Assembly (NCBI GenBank): GCA_002720375.1
Contig: PBIE01000044.1
Location: 1-56,802, forward strand
Direction: 5' to 3'
DNA length: 56,802 bases
DNA from: Crocinitomicaceae bacterium
GTDB lineage: Bacteria; Bacteroidota; Bacteroidia; Flavobacteriales_D; Sanyastnellaceae
Of the stretch, positions 52,751-56,802 are shown one piece after another (positions within the stretch are counted from its first letter, which is position 1; each line of letters starts with the position of its first letter). Both the position numbers and the translations under genes were made by a program. The notes beneath the pieces were generated by a model. The model was not told the DNA's origin, did no database searches, and saw only the letters and a list, made by a program, of their open reading frames with translations.

Positions 52751-54538
52751 ATGCGTCTCGACCCCCTTCTTCAAGACATGGCTGCCGAAGCCTTTGCCAC
52801 CTGCTTTAACACGCGACTGGATGCTGATCAGTTCCCTGTGCAAAAGACGCGGAGTGAATTCCCTGGAGAGCGCACCATTGTGTGTTTCCCTCTCGCTCGG
52901 TACAGCAAAGCTGCACCTGATGCAACTGCCAACACACTGGGCAAGGCACTTGTCGAAGCCGATGGCATCGTGCTCGGTTACAATGTGCTCAAGGGGTTCC
53001 TCAACCTTGAGCTCGATCCCAAATACTGGACAGATTGGCTGCTGGGAGAAGCTGCCGATACCGCCTACGGCTCGCGCGAGGTCGGCAGTGCCCCGCATGT
53101 CATGGTCGAGTACAGCTCGCCGAACACCAATAAGCCCCTTCATCTCGGGCACTTGCGCAACAATTTCCTCGGCCACTCAGTCAGTCGCATTCTCGAAAAC
53201 CGCGGGCATAAAGTGACAAAGGTTCAGATCATCAATGACCGCGGAATCCACATCTGCAAGTCCATGGTGGCTTGGAAGCAATTCGGCAACGGCGAGACCC
53301 CAGAGTCCAGCGGCATAAAAGGCGACAAGCTCGTAGGCAAGTACTATGTGGCGTTCGATCAGGCGTACAAGCAGGAGGTGGCGTCTTTGATGGAGAGTGG
53401 AATGGAGAAGACGGAGGCGGAGTCCCAAGCCCCCATTCTCATGGAAGCCCAAAACACCCTTCTCAATTGGGAACGCGGTGATGCGGAAACGGTCGCACTG
53501 TGGACCACCATGAACGGTTGGGTATACCAAGGCTTTGAGGACACGTATCAGACGATGGGGGTCGAATTCGACAAGCTTTATTACGAGAGCAGCACATACA
53601 TCACCGGACGAGAACGCGTACTCGAGGGTGTTGATCGAGGGGTCTTTTTCAAGCGAGATGACGGGTCTGTGTGGGTTGATTTGACAGGGGACGGACTGGA
53701 TGAAAAGCTGCTTCTCCGCAAAGACGGCACCACAGTTTACATGACACAAGACATCGGCACGGCTCTGCTTCGATTTGAGGACTTCCCAGATTTGGACCGG
53801 CAAGTCTACACGGTTGGCAACGAACAAGAATACCACTTCAAGGTCCTGTTCCTCGTGCTCGCCAAACTCGGGTTCAGTCAAGCTGAACGGTGCCATCACT
53901 TGAGCTATGGTATGGTCGAACTTCCCGACGGCAAAATGAAATCTCGCGAGGGAACGGTTGTCGACGCTGACGACCTGATGGCTGCCATGTTTGATATTGC
54001 CGAGGACATCGCCAAGGAGGCGGGGAAATTAGAAGGTCTAGAAGAAGCACAACAAAAGGAGATATTCCAGCGGGTGGGAATGAGCGCCTTGAAATACTTC
54101 CTCTTGAAAGTGGACCCAAAAAAGAACATGACGTTCGACCCTAAAGCGTCCATTGATTTTTATGGAAACACTGGGCCATTCATTCTTTTTAATTATGTCC
54201 GTGGGCGAAGTGTTTTGAGGAAAATGGAAGCGGAAGCCATCCCTTTGCCGCACTCGGGACTGGCAGCGCCAACCGAAGACGAAATTGACCTCATCGGCCT
54301 GCTCCATGACATGCAAGAGGTTATCGATGAGGCCGCCGACACATACAACCCTTCTCTGGTGGCCAATTGGTGCTACGATTTGACCAAGGCTTACAGCAGC
54401 TATTACCAGGACCACCCCATTCTCAATGCTGATTCGGAGGAAGAAAGAAACCTAAGGTTGGTGTTGACGGAGCGATTCACGCGTTGTCTAAATCGCGGAA
54501 TGCACCTGCTCGGCATCGAGCTCCCCGAGCGCATGTGA
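52751..54538 (+). CDS. argS: Arginine--tRNA ligase
   Basis: ATG 52751 (MRLDPLLQD); a TTG at 52745 is also in frame. HIGH motif SSPNTNKPLHLGHLRN, GKMKSREG, and a C-terminal DALR anticodon-binding region. Confidence 0.95.
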   Translation: MRLDPLLQDMAAEAFATCFNTRLDADQFPVQKTRSEFPGERTIVCFPLARYSKAAPDATANTLGKALVEADGIVLGYNVLKGFLNLELDPKYWTDWLLGEAADTAYGSREVGSAPHVMVEYSSPNTNKPLHLGHLRNNFLGHSVSRILENRGHKVTKVQIINDRGIHICKSMVAWKQFGNGETPESSGIKGDKLVGKYYVAFDQAYKQEVASLMESGMEKTEAESQAPILMEAQNTLLNWERGDAETVALWTTMNGWVYQGFEDTYQTMGVEFDKLYYESSTYITGRERVLEGVDRGVFFKRDDGSVWVDLTGDGLDEKLLLRKDGTTVYMTQDIGTALLRFEDFPDLDRQVYTVGNEQEYHFKVLFLVLAKLGFSQAERCHHLSYGMVELPDGKMKSREGTVVDADDLMAAMFDIAEDIAKEAGKLEGLEEAQQKEIFQRVGMSALKYFLLKVDPKKNMTFDPKASIDFYGNTGPFILFNYVRGRSVLRKMEAEAIPLPHSGLAAPTEDEIDLIGLLHDMQEVIDEAADTYNPSLVANWCYDLTKAYSSYYQDHPILNADSEEERNLRLVLTERFTRCLNRGMHLLGIELPERM

Positions 54539-54880
54539 TCATTCGAGCAGCCGGACAACCTGTTGGTTGCCGAAGTCGAATTGCATCCTGTCCGGAGCTG
54601 TACTTCCCAAGTTGAACTCATATATCTGTTCGCCTTCGGCCAGGGTCAATTCCATGGGGTCGCCCCCCTCCCACCGTACGACACAATGCCCCTTTGTTGG
54701 GGAATCAATTCGGACCTCTGCCTTATCTTCTGTTGCCATTTTGCAGGACACCACGCGCGCATAGCTTCCCGAGATTCGCCCCTTCGTCATCATGGCCAAA
54801 AACCGACGATACAAAACGAAAATGAACATCGCCATCAAGGCGACAAACAAGACTTGGGAGAGAAGGTCCAAGTTGGGCAT
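54539..54880 (-). CDS. Hypothetical single-pass membrane protein
   Basis: 113 aa with N-terminal TM LLSQVLFVALMAMFIFVLY. Its stop abuts the argS stop. No family recognised. Confidence 0.5.
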   Translation of the reverse strand: MPNLDLLSQVLFVALMAMFIFVLYRRFLAMMTKGRISGSYARVVSCKMATEDKAEVRIDSPTKGHCVVRWEGGDPMELTLAEGEQIYEFNLGSTAPDRMQFDFGNQQVVRLLE

Positions 54881-54889
54881 AGTGACAAA

Positions 54890-55162
54890 TCAAAGTGCGA
54901 AGATGCCGCCAATCCTTCCAACCGCCTCATAACGGTCAAACACCGCGTCTGCAGAAGACAGCGTTTCCGTTACGGTCAAGGATACGTACTTGCCTCCCCC
55001 ACTCGACTTTCGCTCTACCTGGACACTGTCGGGAAAGACCGAAAGCACCGCCCCAATTTGATCTTCTTGATTCGGTGCAATGAACTTGAACATGTACTCC
55101 GACGGCCATTGATGATGCGCATCGAGTTGTGCTCTGAGTCCAGCTCTTTTGTCCTCCTCCAT
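54890..55162 (-). CDS. DUF493 (YbeD-like) family protein
   Basis: 90 aa. WPSEYMFKFIAP and an overall ACT-like pattern typical of DUF493. Confidence 0.72.
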   Translation of the reverse strand: MEEDKRAGLRAQLDAHHQWPSEYMFKFIAPNQEDQIGAVLSVFPDSVQVERKSSGGGKYVSLTVTETLSSADAVFDRYEAVGRIGGIFAL

Positions 55163-55188
55163 GGCGTGAAAATACCCGAGGAAAATGG

Positions 55189-55214
55189 AAAGGGGCGCCC
55201 ACGGGCGCCCCTTT
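55189..55214 (-). terminator. Rho-independent terminator after cargo gene E
   Basis: GGGGCGCC (55192-55199) / GGCGCCCC (55204-55211) with a 4-nt loop. The minus strand continues TTTCCATTTTCC. It lies about 50 nt downstream of the stop at 55262. Confidence 0.7.
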
Positions 55215-55261
55215 CACTGGTTCAAGTGAGAAGGATGTGGTCTCCTCCCTTGCAGGTGTTA

Positions 55262-56802
55262 TTATGGACAGGCCGTTCCATAGATCTGGAAGAAGTCCAA
55301 GAGGTCATTGATATTGATTGTGCCATCTCCGTTGAGGTCGCCAGGACATGGGGGAGTGTATTCGCAGCTGCCATCATTGGTATTGGCCAAGGCATTGTAG
55401 TTCTCCGCCATCGGATCCGTGCAGCCTTCCAGCGGAAGGATACAGCCCGAATTGAAGTTGGCATTCGGATCGTAGTTCAAGGCTGTCTCGTTTGTGCAAC
55501 CGGGATAGAGACATGAGCCATTGTCAATCAAGGCGTTCTCATCGAAATTGGCCGCATTTGTGTCGGTACAGCCCTCCGTCGGATAGGAGCAGAAGCCCTC
55601 GACATTGGCGTTCGGATCATAGTTGTCGGCAGCCGGGTCCATACACCCGAGGAACAGGCATGTGCCGTCGTCTTCCACGGCGGTGGCATCAAAGTTCACG
55701 GCAGCAGCATCCGTGCACCCTTCTATCGGATAGGAGCATTCCCCTTCCACATTGGCGGTTGGATTGAAATTGTCCGCTGCGGAATCCATGCACCCCAAGA
55801 GGATACAAGTTCCATCTTCATCTGTGGCAGAGGCCGCGTAGTTGAGTGCGCTCGGATTGGTGCAACCCGCAACTTCGTTTTCGTCGCAGATGCCGTCTCC
55901 ATCGACGTCATTCATGCAGGTCACTCCATCGCAATCGTAGACGCCTGCAAATTCACAACTGCCGTCATCATGTGTAACTGCTTCATCATAATTGCAAGCC
56001 GAAACATTCATACATCCGCACCCAGAGTTGCCAATGGGGAAGGTCATCACGAGGTCATTTTCGCCATCGCCCTCAGGGAAAACCTGAATGCTGATTTGAC
56101 CACTTAGCGATCCACTCGTAGTAAACTGGCCCAAGAGGACCCGAAGGTCATTTCCAGCTTGGGCGTTGGTGGCTCCATTCAAGGTGAACCAAGCTCCACC
56201 GAAGTCGCCTCCAATCACAAGGTCTCCCCCACTCTCAAATGGCTCTATCCAGTTCGAACCTTCACTTTGTACGGCGGTCACTTCAACCTCGCCTGCAAGG
56301 GCATTAGGAGCTTCCGTGAGGCCAATGGTCACATAGCTATCGAATGCCAATTCAGGTTGCAAGTCGAACAAGAACGGGTTGGTTGTCTGACCAAGGACGC
56401 CGCCTAACGGATCCTGATAGAACGTTGTACTTGTGCTGATGTTCGTCTCAAAGCCGCTCTCTCCCACAACGCTGGACAGCACGTCTGTGGAATTCACCAT
56501 CGTCGCATAAAGGCGGTAGGTCGTCATTCCGGGGATGCCACCCTCAGCCACGGTTTCCATCTCAATGCTGTATCCATCGATGGTCGGTGCGTTCAGACAA
56601 CTACAGAAATCGCAAGAGCCGTCGTCGACATTTGCCGCTTCGAAATAGTTACAAGCATCTGGGTCCATACACCCTCCGATTTCAGCCACGAGACATGAAC
56701 CATCATCCTCATCTGCGAGGGGGTTGTAGTTCAAGGCATTTGGATTGGTGCAACCGGCATAGAGGCAAGAACCATCTCCAGCCATCGCGCCAGGATTAAA
56801 GT
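55262..56802 (-). CDS. Secreted mosaic protein E, 5'-truncated by the window edge: at least 10 Cys-rich motifs, one unrecognised ~180-aa module, one TSP3-like insert, C-terminal dockerin/EF-hand-like motif
   Basis: The frame stays open to nt 56802; codons upstream of Met 56785 read FNPGA, continuing a Cys motif. Module at aa 70-245. C-terminus PGDLNGDGTININDLLDFFQIYGTACP. No T9SS CTD pattern seen. Confidence 0.85.
   Translation of the reverse strand, partial: FNPGAMAGDGSCLYAGCTNPNALNYNPLADEDDGSCLVAEIGGCMDPDACNYFEAANVDDGSCDFCSCLNAPTIDGYSIEMETVAEGGIPGMTTYRLYATMVNSTDVLSSVVGESGFETNISTSTTFYQDPLGGVLGQTTNPFLFDLQPELAFDSYVTIGLTEAPNALAGEVEVTAVQSEGSNWIEPFESGGDLVIGGDFGGAWFTLNGATNAQAGNDLRVLLGQFTTSGSLSGQISIQVFPEGDGENDLVMTFPIGNSGCGCMNVSACNYDEAVTHDDGSCEFAGVYDCDGVTCMNDVDGDGICDENEVAGCTNPSALNYAASATDEDGTCILLGCMDSAADNFNPTANVEGECSYPIEGCTDAAAVNFDATAVEDDGTCLFLGCMDPAADNYDPNANVEGFCSYPTEGCTDTNAANFDENALIDNGSCLYPGCTNETALNYDPNANFNSGCILPLEGCTDPMAENYNALANTNDGSCEYTPPCPGDLNGDGTININDLLDFFQIYGTACP
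55433..55873 (-). repeat. Three tandem 147-nt (49-aa) super-repeats, each made of two Cys-rich motifs
   Basis: Units start at aa 305, 354 and 403 of the visible ORF: [VIT][AE]GCT[ND]..A.N[YF]..........[GT][ST]?C..[LP]GC[MT][DN].[AT]A[DL]N[FY][ND]P.AN....C[SI][YL]P. The first two units are also recognisably similar at DNA level (CGGATAGGAGC at 55580 and 55727). Confidence 0.75.
56051..56578 (-). other. Unrecognised ~180-aa module, copy in protein E
   Basis: GMTTYRLYATMVNSTDVLSSVVGE...LAFDSYVTIGLTE...GGAWFTLNGATNAQAGNDLRVLLGQFTTSGSLSG. Confidence 0.7.

Noticed and set aside
54563-55516. 317-aa plus-strand ORF spanning the 54.5-55.5 kb region
   Set aside because: It runs antisense across three well-supported minus-strand genes (the membrane protein, DUF493, and the 3' end of cargo E) and across a terminator hairpin. 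Its composition is Arg/Cys/His-rich and low-complexity. It is a shadow ORF.
1-56802. rRNA, tRNA, tmRNA, riboswitch, CRISPR and IS elements anywhere in the window
   Set aside because: Intergenic space is very small. The longest gaps (1-180, 18713-18882, 25702-25852, 47601-47840) show no cloverleaf-like or conserved riboswitch-like sequence that I can recognise. Only 39 nt lie upstream of the mutase gene, too short for a B12 riboswitch. A covariance-model scan (tRNAscan-SE or Infernal/Rfam) would be needed to confirm this.

Overview
This is a compact Bacteroidota-type (Flavobacteriia-like) chromosomal segment. The lineage call rests on a Rho with a long Arg/Asp-rich insertion, a PorT/SprT-like gene, many T9SS C-terminal sorting domains, and the DUF1599-folP-cdaA neighbourhood. 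About 46 protein genes fill almost the whole window. I found no rRNA, tRNA, CRISPR array, transposase or integrase. Most genes are housekeeping: rho, prmA, tpiA, a RecQ-family helicase, rlmI, pdxH, hup, trmH, fmt, a fused methylmalonyl-CoA mutase, folP, cdaA, lptF/G, htrA and argS. The unusual part is an 11.3-kb head-to-tail array of four minus-strand genes at 11951-23253. Each has its own terminator and encodes a secreted T9SS cargo protein. A related gene, cut off by the window edge, lies at 55262-56802. Three of these proteins are mosaics of four elements: (i) a ~22-24-aa Cys-rich motif, GC[TM]D..A.N[YF][DN]..A..DDGSC.Y, with about 30 copies in the window; (ii) a thrombospondin-type-3-like acidic insert, DC.G.C.ND.D.DG.CDE.E; (iii) a ~180-aa module I do not recognise, in four copies; and (iv) SprB-like repeats. 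One protein also carries a FAS1 domain and another a PPC-like domain. The fourth array gene encodes four CBM48/CBM20-like modules and sits 37 bp from a divergent GH13 amylase. Smaller oddities are a cupin-methyltransferase fusion, a MutA-MutB fusion, and tandem amidinotransferase-fold genes abutting argS. All family assignments come from motifs read by eye, not from searches.
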